DNA of 64,000 nucleotides from Lytechinus pictus (Eukaryota): contig NC_087253.1 in assembly GCF_037042905.1 (NCBI RefSeq), positions 17,546,001 through 17,610,000 of the forward strand, read 5' to 3'. A program made the translations under genes and the position numbers. Positions 1 through 10,856 of the stretch are shown one piece after another; positions within the stretch are counted from its first letter, which is position 1, and each line of letters starts with the position of its first letter. The notes under the pieces are model-generated. The model made no database searches and had not been told where the DNA came from. It was given only the letters and a program-made list of their open reading frames with translations.

Positions 1-272
1 GAACCGAGCAGGTGAATCCTCCTTCCCTACAAAGCTATGAAATTCACCTTCCTGCTTCTGTGAAGACAGCCTCCTCGTTATTCAAGAAAGCCATTAATGA
101 GTCCCATAAAATTACTAAAAAGGACAATGAATGGAATGGACCATGGACTAAGCTGACCATTCTGATGTGTTTAATTATTGTTTTAGTGGCCTAAACATGG
201 AGGGGTGTGTGCATAGCGCGTTTTACAACCGAAAGGAAAAGGCGCTATACAAATGACATTTGGATTGGATTG
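1..272 (+). mobile_element. 3' end fragment of an L2/CR1-type LINE
   Basis: Decayed LP..VK..SS..FKK-like LINE ORF2 end, then ggcgctatacaaat and a (ggatt)n tail. Confidence 0.45.
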
Positions 273-389
273 AAAACAATTACTATGACATGCAAAACAA
301 GGTTTAAAGTTTTTGTATATCTTTGTCAGAACAATATCTTCGAATTTCCTCCAAGAAATGTAAAAAAAAAATCATGCACAAAATCTTAA

Positions 390-984
390 AGGGAAATCCA
401 GCCCAAGTAAAAACTTAATTTTATAAGGAAAAGAAAAATCAGACAAGTTGATTGGTGAAAGTTTGAACAATATTGGACAAACAACAAGAAAGTTATGAAT
501 TTTTAAACGTTGTAAATATTGGTAATCACTATACCCATGGATACTTCAAATTGGCCGCATATGGGATGTCATAGTGATGTAAGGCAAGGACTACTCTTCC
601 ATGTACTCCAATACATATTATGGCTAAAATGTCATTTTTCCCAAAAGTTTTATTTCAAATTATATTTTTCTTTCATGAGGACATAAAACAATATACTACC
701 TGGGTTATATTTAGATTACTGCCCCAGGGGAATGGGTACTTAGGAGAAAACCACAAATCCCTGATAATAAAGTACATGGCCTATGGGAAAGTTGTCCTTG
801 CCCCTTGTCATAATTTACTTACCCAGTTGCCAATTTGAAATCTACATAGTATTAGTGATCTCAATTTTAAAGCAGCTATAACTTTCTTATTGCTTGTTCG
901 ATTTCTTTCAAACTTTCACCATTCTATTTGATTTATTTTTCTCCTTCCCAACACAACATTTTATGGCCAAGGCTTGATTCCCCT
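390..984. mobile_element. Kolobok-like non-autonomous DNA transposon (MITE), copy 1
   Basis: TTAA on both sides (386-389, 985-988); imperfect TIR agggaaatccagcc / ggcttgattcccct; near-identical copy at 62699-63292. Confidence 0.85.
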
Positions 985-1029
985 TTAATTCATGAAATGA
1001 GCAGTAATTTAAAGACACATGTAAATCAG

Positions 1030-1550
1030 CATTTGATTGATTGATTGATAACGAATTTATTTCATTTCAAATTTTCAACAAAATTACAAAGTAAAGCAAT
1101 ATAATTATAATACAAAATAATGAAATGAAATGGGACCCTTCTGGAAAGCAAAGCTTGGAATTGCCCACATACTTCTGATAAAATTGGCATAAATTAAAAC
1201 TCAAAGTTGAGTCTCGGTCACCAATACATCGAATCCTTACCAAAGTTAATGCTCTTTTCAAAAGTGACTACTATGCAAAGCCATTGTCCTTTTTAAATGG
1301 TATCCCATGAATTTGTTTTTTCAAACAATGTCCTGCAAGCTACTTCGTGTAAATGGTTCTTTTTCAATAGAACCAAAGTAATATATTTCATATAATCTAT
1401 AGAATCCTATAACTAGAAATGATCTACATGCAAGAATTTGGCTTTTATCATTAGTCCACGTTGTGATAATGGTTAAAAAAAAATTTTCATAAAATTTGCA
1501 TATACTAGCCTTTTTTAAACGTGACAATTTGCCACTTTGTTTGCACATGC
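1030..1550 (-). mobile_element. Decayed LINE 3' fragment
   Basis: Minus strand ends in aataaa followed by a (tcaa)n tail near 1030-1065; upstream sequence has broken coding-like ORFs. Confidence 0.35.
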
Positions 1551-2949
1551 ACTTTGTAGTATTAATGCTCCATCTAATAAGGAGGCATAAACAAAATTAA
1601 AAAAGGCTTTGCGTTGAACTCTGTACTGATTTTGTGCGTTTCTTGCACTTACATGCACATGCAAATTTCAAAATAATTTGCATGGATTTTAGTATTTTAA
1701 GTAGATTTTCAGTCACCCATATGATAGAATTTTATTCAAAACTATTGCTCTGTTCAAAAGTGATGAATATGCAAATGAATTATAACTTTTTAAATGCTAA
1801 ACCATGAAATTGTTTTGAATTTGCGATTTTTAAAAATATAATTAGCACATGTTTGTGCATAAATTAGCATTTTAAATATATTTTTTTTTGTCAAACATTT
1901 TTTGATGCTCTGTCAATAATTGAATCTTATTCAGTAAATGAGGCTTTAACCTTTTTTCTACAATGAGATAGGCCCTATAATGATTTTTGGTGGTTTTTAG
2001 GCTTAAAATTTGCATAAATAAGCATTCTTAAAATAGGATGCCAATTACCGATTTCTTGGATCCTTCCCTCGAAGTGGTGCTCTTGATATAATTATGTGAC
2101 CAACATAAGGCACCTGACCATAGATATCGTCAAGGAAGTGGTAGTTTGCGTCATCAACTGAAACCAAAAGGTGATTATTTTCCTTCTACATGTATTTCAC
2201 AATCGGAAAAGATGTAATGGGCGATTCCATGCTAGAAAATTCAGCAATTTTCACATTTTTCAACCTGCTGTCCAAACGAACGGAGAACTTCAATTTGCTT
2301 TGTGGTAATATTAAATGACTACTGGGTAGACATGAACAAAACTGACAACCAACAAAAATATGTTGTCCATAGTATAGGTAAATTAGAGCTTAAACTGTTG
2401 CGTGTCGTACGGGACATTTCTGCGTCCCGTACGACACACAACATTTTCACCTATAATTGACACATACTCATTTTTTTGTGTTGGTTATTAGTTTTTCACA
2501 TAACTACCCACTATAGCATTTATCATTGACAAAAAAAGAATATTTTATTGCTCAAGCATTCGGCTAGGAAAATAGAAATTGTTGTCAAAATGTCCCGTCG
2601 ACACGTATGGAATCGATGTTATAGATGCAGCAAAGTTTCCCAAGTAATGGATACATTTCAGCAGAACTAAAGAAAAGAATATCAACACCTCATGCGCCAG
2701 GTGTGCGCCAAATTTAATTCGCTTTGAAACGCATTTCCATTTTTTTGTTTTCTAGATCTTATGGTGATAATCTTAATTGTGACTCTACAAAGGAAAAAAA
2801 GCATGTTGGTTAAATCCGTCACTCTTAGTTGTTTAAGCTTTTTTAAAATTATCATTTAAACTCTTTTAAACAACTTGGCGCTTTGAAGCTCTGTATTCAA
2901 TGCTCTCGACCCACCGTCCTGGAACCTGCTATCGGAGATCGTAAGCTCT

Positions 2950-4044
2950 TCATGATACAAAATGTGCGCAGCAACAAATAGCAATTAGAATAAACAGCGA
3001 TAACAATATTAGTATTAAAACCAATGCATTTGAAGGAACAGGTTTCCGCTGCATCCGGTGAAATTTTCTTCCTTTGCCATCAAAGGTTATCCAGGCATGC
3101 CAGTGTGTTTTCATTTGTTTTACAGACAGTTGGCTCCATAGGTAATCCGGTGGCTTAGTGTGCGGATGCAGTTCTTTGAACAACTTTCCTCTGTTGACAA
3201 TGGAAATTCCTTGCGAGTGCAAGAGCATACCGCAGTAGACATCATCGAAAGGCACTACAGGCAGCAATTTCTTTGAAGCATTGTATAGCTTCTGGACTAC
3301 ATCCTGAGATAGGACGTAGCCGGCGCCATACGGCGACACCGGATAGGTTTCCTCTGGGTATATCGCCTTCGGACAGTACCATTTGCTTGACGTATTTCGT
3401 ATTGGCTTACCCACGTTTGGCTCACCGAGGCAGAAGTTGGTACGGTTCCGCGAAGGTAACCCATCGAGGTCTTGAACAAGGGTCACGATGTCCAGCATCA
3501 CATCATCGTCTATCGACATCATAAATTCAGTGTTCCTACAGAAGTTGGTCACCCACTTGAACCCCATAATAAGCTTGATTGTCAGGTTATAGTAGTGGTC
3601 TTTGAAGTCCGCCTGCAGAATGTCTCCGTAGAGACCAGTCTCGTCCTTGATGCTCTCCTGGTCCTGTGCTACCGTTGTTGTTCCGAGGACAAATAACACC
3701 CTAGCAGATATATTCATCGTCTTGATGTCACTCATATATGTCTCCCGAATCACGTCCCTTCGTGCTCTGTGCGATGGTGCTGACTTAATCAAGACGAGTA
3801 ATGTTGTATTGCTATCCCCTACCTTGCACGTATCCATAGGATTTATTAGAAAGTCATAGATGTTTACTTTTAGCGTCCTAGGTGTCCAACGAACAGTCTT
3901 CAGCCAGCCAACTGATATCGGGTTTTCCTCTACAGGTACTTTTATAAACCTGCTTGGAAAGGTAAGCCATTGGAAAATGCATATGATGAAAATTACCCAA
4001 CATACCACCACTTTCACCCTTTTCCACGATTTCCGGCCGATCAT
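2950..4044 (-). CDS. GT31 beta-1,3-glycosyltransferase paralog A (B3GNT/B3GALT/brainiac-like), ~364 aa, N-terminal signal-anchor plus C-terminal hydrophobic segment
   Basis: Within ORF 2950..4158. Motifs LLVLIKSAP, RRDVIRETY, E..LYGDILQADFKDHYYNLTIK, SIDDDV (DxD), SKWY, YP..YGAGYVLS, FDDVYCG. Start placed at MIGRKSWKR (ATG 4044) by alignment to paralog D; basic N-tail then TM VVVCWVIFIICIFQWL. Confidence 0.92.
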   Translation of the reverse strand: MIGRKSWKRVKVVVCWVIFIICIFQWLTFPSRFIKVPVEENPISVGWLKTVRWTPRTLKVNIYDFLINPMDTCKVGDSNTTLLVLIKSAPSHRARRDVIRETYMSDIKTMNISARVLFVLGTTTVAQDQESIKDETGLYGDILQADFKDHYYNLTIKLIMGFKWVTNFCRNTEFMMSIDDDVMLDIVTLVQDLDGLPSRNRTNFCLGEPNVGKPIRNTSSKWYCPKAIYPEETYPVSPYGAGYVLSQDVVQKLYNASKKLLPVVPFDDVYCGMLLHSQGISIVNRGKLFKELHPHTKPPDYLWSQLSVKQMKTHWHAWITFDGKGRKFHRMQRKPVPSNALVLILILLSLFILIAICCCAHFVS

Positions 4045-5540
4045 ATATATCATGTATAACAGAATATAAACCGAATACATATCGTGGCATTTACATGTGT
4101 AACATAATGGTGTTCGCGTTGTCTGCCAAATATATCCCGAATTCAAGATTTCAACCATCGAGAGTAGGTCCTATGCATATCTAAAATGATAATTGTCCGT
4201 GTCCATGTGATAGTAGTAGTATAAACGTTTACATGACTCATTTTGACGAAATACCATTCGGAATAGACACCAGTTGATAAAATGTTATATCGACCCACAA
4301 CTTTGCCACCGTGGTATATAGCAATGATGAACCGTTTTTATACCACACGGGCGCGTTTGGTTTCGAGTGAATGTTCTATGCAGTGCTACCAACGTCACGT
4401 CTGCTTGTACACCGTTGCCCAGAAAAATGAACTGATAGATCTTTCATAATTTTGACAACAATGGAATTTGAGTAACGCTCTTATTTTAGCTGCAATTATT
4501 TGCTCTCCTTTGCTTTCCTATAGTGCCTGCCCCCGCTGATTGTCCATCTGGATATGTATGAGTTCTGGTACTACAAAAATAGAACCATTAAGACGTGTTA
4601 AAAAGGGACGAGATATTTATAACCATTGCTACTGAAGTCAAGTTGGCTTATTATTAGTGTTGGTAAATATTTTACCAGATCTGTAAAAAAGCATGAAAGC
4701 TTATCATTAAGCATCAAGTGTACCGATGGCATGAGATCCTCTCCGATTAAGGAGCCATTTTTGAAATGTAAAACAATCTTGTATGTGTACATTTTATTGG
4801 CACTGACCTATTCGGCAGTTTTTCCTTGCCTTTTTCGTCTCATTAATTTATTCTTTGATTACCCCATTGTGATCGCTTTTGCTTATTAAGAAAGGCTGGT
4901 ATGATATACCGAATTAGTCAGAGTCATTTCGTGCGCCGAAGTCAGGTTCTCCACAGAAAAAAAGAAAATAAAAAAAATCATAGTGAAAATACATATTCGG
5001 CCACTATATAACATAAACATTACATGTAGTGATTGAACTTTCTAAACGTCGTCGTGATATTCTTGAGTTTGAATTGAATTTATTTAGATTACTATAATTA
5101 TCTACAAAATCGCTGTTACAGTGTATTACATGATTTGCCAAAAGCATGAATGCAGGATAATGAAAAGGAGCCTACAGAAAAGGAGAAATAGCAGTCTGAC
5201 AGATTTGATTCAAGACTACTTCCTCTTGTATATTTCTTTGATCTATATAATATCCTCTTGCCAGAGAAACATAAAAAAAATTGGCTAGCATTTCCCTTTA
5301 ACCTTTCAGCCTCGCTTCTGTTCGACAATACACTGATGTATTCAGCCACATTTATTATAGAATTTCGATCCAGCCTTCCACCCGAATCCACGCCCCAACG
5401 AGTTGTATCAATGCTTTGATCACAGATGAAAATATGCATTAAAAAAAACCCCACATCAATATATCAAGGTTGGTTATGACTTCAACAAACCCACCGTAAG
5501 AGGGCGATACGATACATCTCCCTCAACAGCGTATCAGGGG

Positions 5541-5592
5541 ATCCAAATATCAGCGTATTTTAGCATCCAAATATCAGCGTATTTTAGCATCC
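5541..5592. repeat. 24-bp tandem duplication
   Basis: atccaaatatcagcgtattttagc twice, plus atcc. Confidence 0.9.
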
Positions 5593-5764
5593 ACTCCGCA
5601 GCGCAGATGTTTTCTGCAACGTTGAGAATCTGTTGAATATCGCCGTCAAATAACAATTGACAGATTAAAGGTCTTTGTTGAAAATTGGTGGATTGGGACA
5701 GCACATAAAGTTTCGGACCGGACAAAAATTGCAAATATATCGTTTGTCCAGTGTAAAGCACGAC

Positions 5765-6010
5765 ATTGGGTGATTTCAAGTTCAGTGTTGACCTTTTGGT
5801 GTTGGTGTTAGGTCAAATTTTACACGATTATAACACGAAACATAAAATTGAGGTGATCCCGAAAAGTCACTCACTAGTTGTTGTAATGTCAATAATGTGA
5901 TCTGGATCAGTTTTACAAACTCATAATAAGTTTTGGAGTTAGGGGAAGTAATCCAAATTCCAACACCAACACTAACACCAAGGCCAACACCGGACTTGAA
6001 ATCACCCAAT
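5765..6010. mobile_element. MITE with ~30-bp TIRs
   Basis: attgggtgatttcaagttcagtgttgacct ... aggccaacaccggacttgaaatcacccaat. Confidence 0.8.
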
Positions 6011-6509
6011 GGTGTTGTGATTCAACGATTAACGACAAAAAATGGCTACTTTGTTACGAAGAGCTTTTGATAAAGGATAATCTGCGTTATAGAAAGCGTC
6101 CGCGGAGTGATTGCTAACACGCCTTAATCACGCGATTTGCAAGAACATTATTGTGCTTTCGTTTTATTCATTTATTTATTGATTTCCCTCTTTATGCAAG
6201 CTGTTAATTAGCCTGCGAGCTGATTAATGTTTTATCCTGTTGAGAGATGTTTAAATATACAAATTAGAAAATACCTAAATTCATTTAGACATTTATTTAT
6301 TTTGTTTTCTATACCAAGATATACAAGATACGAGAAATACAAGATATTTATTCATTTGTCTTTGCAAACATGATTACAAAGAAATTTGTTTTCCACTGGT
6401 GTAATATTACATTAGACATGCATGAACAAAATAAAACAAAGAAACAAATAAGTTACTCAGGTATGAAGCAGATACAATAAAACATTTACAAAAGTTTGAG
6501 TCGTCCAGA

Positions 6510-6645
6510 ATACTTATCATAATTATTATCATTCAAATATTGTAATAATTATTATCAACATTATTATTATTATTATAATTATTATCAATATTATTATTAT
6601 TATCATCACTACTATTACTTTTATGTGATTATTATTATTATCAAA
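6510..6645. repeat. (ATT)n-type microsatellite
   Basis: Degenerate att/atc trinucleotide runs. Confidence 0.85.
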
Positions 6646-6699
6646 AAACTTTCCGGGATATCAGTACATCAGTGTCATCATTTCGCTAGGAACAGAAGT

Positions 6700-7165
6700 T
6701 TATTTAGCGTTGAGCTTGTGAATTGAATTTGTGGATAGAGTCGGGTATGAATGAATTTCTAAAATGGGAAAGGCGGGTTGAAGTGGGACGAAGTCTTATG
6801 CCAGAACGATTGAATGAGTAGTATGATTGAGTGGATGAGAAGTGTCTTTCATGATTGAGCTGACTTTTCCTACGATTTGATCGGTACAGTGGGATTCACT
6901 AGAGGCCAAATCTACCCCTATTATTCTTTGCGCTATTTTAAGGGGCTTTTCTAGTTTCATCTTGTCCTCTTTTGAGAGATTGCCAAATACACATAACACA
7001 TTGAAGAGAAGGACACTTTTAATGACTGAATTATAGAACAGAGTTAGTATCGTGTTGTCTACATGGAATGATTTTAACTTGCGGAGAAAGTACAACCTCT
7101 TGCTAGCCTTCCCATAAACCAACTGCGCGTTTTCCCTCCATGACAATTTGTCATCTAAACCCAGG
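6700..7165 (-). mobile_element. LINE reverse-transcriptase C-terminal fragment (Rex1/Babar or CR1-like)
   Basis: LG.DDKLSW..NAQLVYGKASKRLYFLRKLKSF..LTLFYNSVIKSVL..; a downstream frame reads RLSHFRNSFIPDSI, typical of the ORF2 end. Confidence 0.8.
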
Positions 7166-7223
7166 GTAACCAGGCAATGACTTAAACATTGTTTTATCTG
7201 AGGGCTTCACGAGAGGTTACATA

Positions 7224-7465
7224 TACAGCAAAAACTTTGGTGTTAAGCGGTGTACATAGAGGACCACACCATGCAGTTATTTTAGCCCGGTGTTAGTTTA
7301 ACATATATAGGTGTAACATATAGGTGTTATTACAACACATTTGGTTGTTACATCTACATTTGGTGTTATGTTCAATCTCTAGGGTGTTATTTTAACACCT
7401 CAGGGTGTGGTCCTCTATATATAGACACCAATTGGTGTCAGTTTTAACACAGTTTTTACAGTGTA
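7224..7465. mobile_element. CACT/CACA-ended MITE (same family as 37729-37971, opposite orientation)
   Basis: acagcaaaaact..ggtgttaa ... ttaacacagtttttacagtgta; internal ggtgt/acacc repeats shared with the 37729 copy. Confidence 0.75.
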
Positions 7466-7799
7466 CACATAAAGCTACAAACAGTGATTACAACTGAAAA
7501 GCTGAACAAAGAGAAAACAATACAGCAATATTATGCCAACGGACCAGCAAGATATAAACATACATACACACATGCACACAGAGCCGTCGCTAAGGGGGGG
7601 GGGGGGGGATGTGACACCCCCACTGATCTGGATATCGCCGGTAATTTCAGCGCTACCGTCGGGAAAAATGAAGAAAAGGGGCAAAAGGAAAAAAAAGGGA
7701 GAAAGAGAAAACAGCAAGGCATATTAGCGATGTTGTGTCTCACCCACTTGTGAAAGTAACCAGAAATATCGTGATTTGCGAGGGCACGCAACAGAATTG

Positions 7800-8400
7800 T
7801 ATCACTAATTCATTGTAAAATAACTGGGATGGAATAACAATTGTTATAAGAGCCTTGCATGTAAACTTTAACATTGACCTGAAAATAACCTTTGACCTGA
7901 CCATGTGACCTCCGACTGCAGCATAACATGCAGGTCCCCGAAGTACATCTACCATCTACGTTTGGTTAAAAGTGACTTACGGTTGCAGAGTTATGTATCA
8001 TAAGAGAGTCTTGTATGTAAACTTTAACGTTGACCTGAAAATGACCTTGGACCTTACCATGTTACCTCCAACTGCAGCATAACATGTAGGTCCCCTAAGT
8101 TCATCAACCATCTAATTTTGATTGAAACGTGATTTACGGTTGCAGAGTTGTGTCATAAGAGAGTCTTGCACATACACCCACCCACTTACACACACACACA
8201 CACTCTCTCTCTTACACACACTCACACACACACACACATACCCACCATCGCACACCCTACCCTTACACACATACACTCACCATCACACACACACCCCCAC
8301 ATATATATACATATATATATATATATATCATACTTGTATGTATTTTTTTATTTGATAACAAAACAAATTTACTTTATCCAGCCCCCAAAATGCATTAACT
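7800..8400. mobile_element. Helentron/HINE-like non-autonomous element with ~155-bp internal tandem repeat and (CA)n/(TA)n microsatellite
   Basis: Two ~155-bp units (from ~7849 and ~8005, third starts ~8159) rich in tgacct/tttgacct, followed directly by CA then TA repeats. Family assignment is inferred from this architecture. Confidence 0.55.
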
Positions 8401-8824
8401 AGATTTTTTTTTTAGATATATAGTATACACTTTGGTGTGATTTTGGAGATTACCCTAAATTTTCTACCAAACTACTATAACTATTTGTGCTTCCACGATC
8501 CCGCCACGGTCATTTCGGCCCGTATAGTACATTGTAATATATCGCGTGAATCGGCTAATTTCTGACGCTCATAAATGACACACTTCTCCATTCTATACAT
8601 AATGATTTTGCAAAACCAAAGTCAACGCAAAATAACAAAAGGGAATCCGACAGCGGGATCTCGGGGGGATTCCCCGATGCTAGAATAGGCGTGTCTCAGG
8701 AGACAAACAAGCTAAACAAATAGATATGACGAGCAGTGGCGCAGTGAGCAAAAAAAAAAATGAAGGGGGCACACAAGATCTAGACTATTTCTGCCCACGT
8801 GAAGACTCTACATATCTCTCCATG

Positions 8825-10508
8825 CAGTGGCGGATCAAGAGGAATATATCATGCATAATATTACTGAGGAACCCTTTTTACCCTTTGCTTGTCAAATTTT
8901 TCATGGAAGAAAATGACCTGGATTTGCTCGATTTGGTAGGGAAAACTTTTGTTATTTTTTTTTTGGGGGGGAGGGGGCTTATATTATGACGATTGTCTGC
9001 GTTCGCGGAGCGGGGATGGCCGCTGCACCCTGTCGATAAAACCAGGGGAGCTTTTCTCGAAAGGGTGGGTTGAGGGAGGGGAGTCAATTTAACGCACCAT
9101 TAAGGGACAACCGGGGGAGGTTTCATGAAAGATTGTGTGAAGTACTTTCCTGAACCAGTCGTTTCTACGAAAATTATTCATCAAATAATAACAACAATGT
9201 ACTGACCTGCCATTTGTTTGGAATGGAAACGATGGACCTGGTCTCTTTATGTATATATTGTATATCAGTGTCTTTGAACTTGAATAAAGTCATGATGAAA
9301 CAGCATTAATAGATTATTAGAATCACAACTAAGAAAAATATAAATAGAAAGAAAAAAAGAGAGAAGGGTGAAATATGATATCATTTTCTGAATACTTTTA
9401 TGTCAAAAGCTGATACAAAATTTGAATTTTGAAATAAAAATGTCGAAATTTTGCTTGCTCGCTCACAATTTTTTTTTTCGAATTTTGCCCGATATGTCAT
9501 ACCTGCCCCCTTAAAATTTCTGTCGCCCCTGATCATTAGGAGAAAAATAAGAGAGCTTGCATTTTTTCGTGATTTTGAATACAATTGCATATTGAAGTAT
9601 TTCTATAACCCCCAACAATTCCCCAAAGCCATATCGAACAATAGCATTATTAAGAGGAATAGCGTATTCCATTCTGAATAAATTTGCATTTGCATAGAAG
9701 TGTGATGAAAGAAATCAGTAGCCTAATGGGCCAACAATTTTGAGAGGGCCAGATATGGCGTATCGGGCAAAATTTTATTAAACAAAATTGCGAGCGAGCA
9801 AAAATTAAGTTATTTTAATCCAAAATAAAAATAAAAATCCAATGATGACATATATTCAATGATGAATATGTAATATTCAGAAAATGCTATATTTCACCCT
9901 TCTCTCTTTTCTTTTCTCTCTTTTAGTCTTGGTCGTGAAAAAAATTTGAGGGGCATGCGACCCCAAGCCCCCCATCTGTACACCACTGAAGCAAGTTATT
10001 TGAAAACGGGCTTTCCATCGCAAGCTGCTAGCAGTAGTACAATAGTTTACATGTACGGCAACCCGGTCGCCGCGCATGCACCGCTGAGACTAATGCAAAT
10101 AAATAAGCCTAAAATAAACATGCAAAAATATGTGTTTTTTCCCTTCTTTCCTTCCTCAGTTTCATACACACGAACCCCCACACACCCTCACTTCACCTTT
10201 AGGTCTCCATACTCTCACACAAACTTACACAGACAAACAAATAAACAACGGGTAAAAAAGACTACTCAGTGCGGCCTTTCGTGAAAAGCTCTCCCGGTTG
10301 TCAAGAAAAGGTGCGTTAATTTGACTCCCCTCCTCCAATGCACCCTTTAGAGAAAAACTCCCCGGTTTTATCGAAAGGATTCGGCCACCCACGCCCCGCG
10401 AACGCAGACAATCGTCAGAAGCCTTTTTTTTTTTTTTTTGGTGGGGGTCTTGTCAATTTTTTCCTGACCAAAAATGCCCCCCCCTGGAAAATCCTGGATC
10501 CGCCACTG
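8825..10508. mobile_element. Foldback/hAT-like composite element with long inverted arms
   Basis: Ends cagtggcggatc ... gatccgccactg; 8985-9131 is the diverged reverse complement of 10276-10420; flanks tctccatg / atgccatg look like a decayed 8-bp TSD. Confidence 0.6.
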
Positions 10509-10856
10509 ATGCCATGTAAGAGCCCTTTACTTCCGCATAAGAGTATGTAGGCCAACAGTCTTAATAGTAACTCGTGTCTGTTGACCAACTAGGTCCATGG
10601 TTGAGTAAAACATTCATAACTTGAACTTTGAATTAATATAGGGATATTTGCTTACCGAATTCATATAGTGTTTACGATACTCTTTATCTTCATTATACAG
10701 AATTTATGATCACGATCTCTGCCTAATGTGGACTCGGCGCAAGGCCAACGCGTAAACAATGGCTTTGTTTGAAGTATATATATAATTACTATGAGAAACA
10801 GAACGGGTCAAACCAGACTCCAATCGTCGCTTGTTCTTTCCGAGGTTCTTACCAGC

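Noticed and set aside
620-838. 72-aa ORF repeated at 62959-63147, suggesting a duplicated small gene
   Set aside because: Both lie inside copies of the same TTAA-flanked MITE; no protein motif.
2219-2615. Possible MITE with gggcgattccat / atggaatcg ends
   Set aside because: Only a 9-bp inverted match, with no TSD or second copy in the window.
4045-4158. 38-aa N-terminal extension of gene A
   Set aside because: Not conserved in D, B or C; alignment favours the ATG at 4044, although upstream ATGs cannot be excluded.
8122-8402. His/Thr-rich ORFs
   Set aside because: Translation of (CA)n and (TA)n microsatellites.
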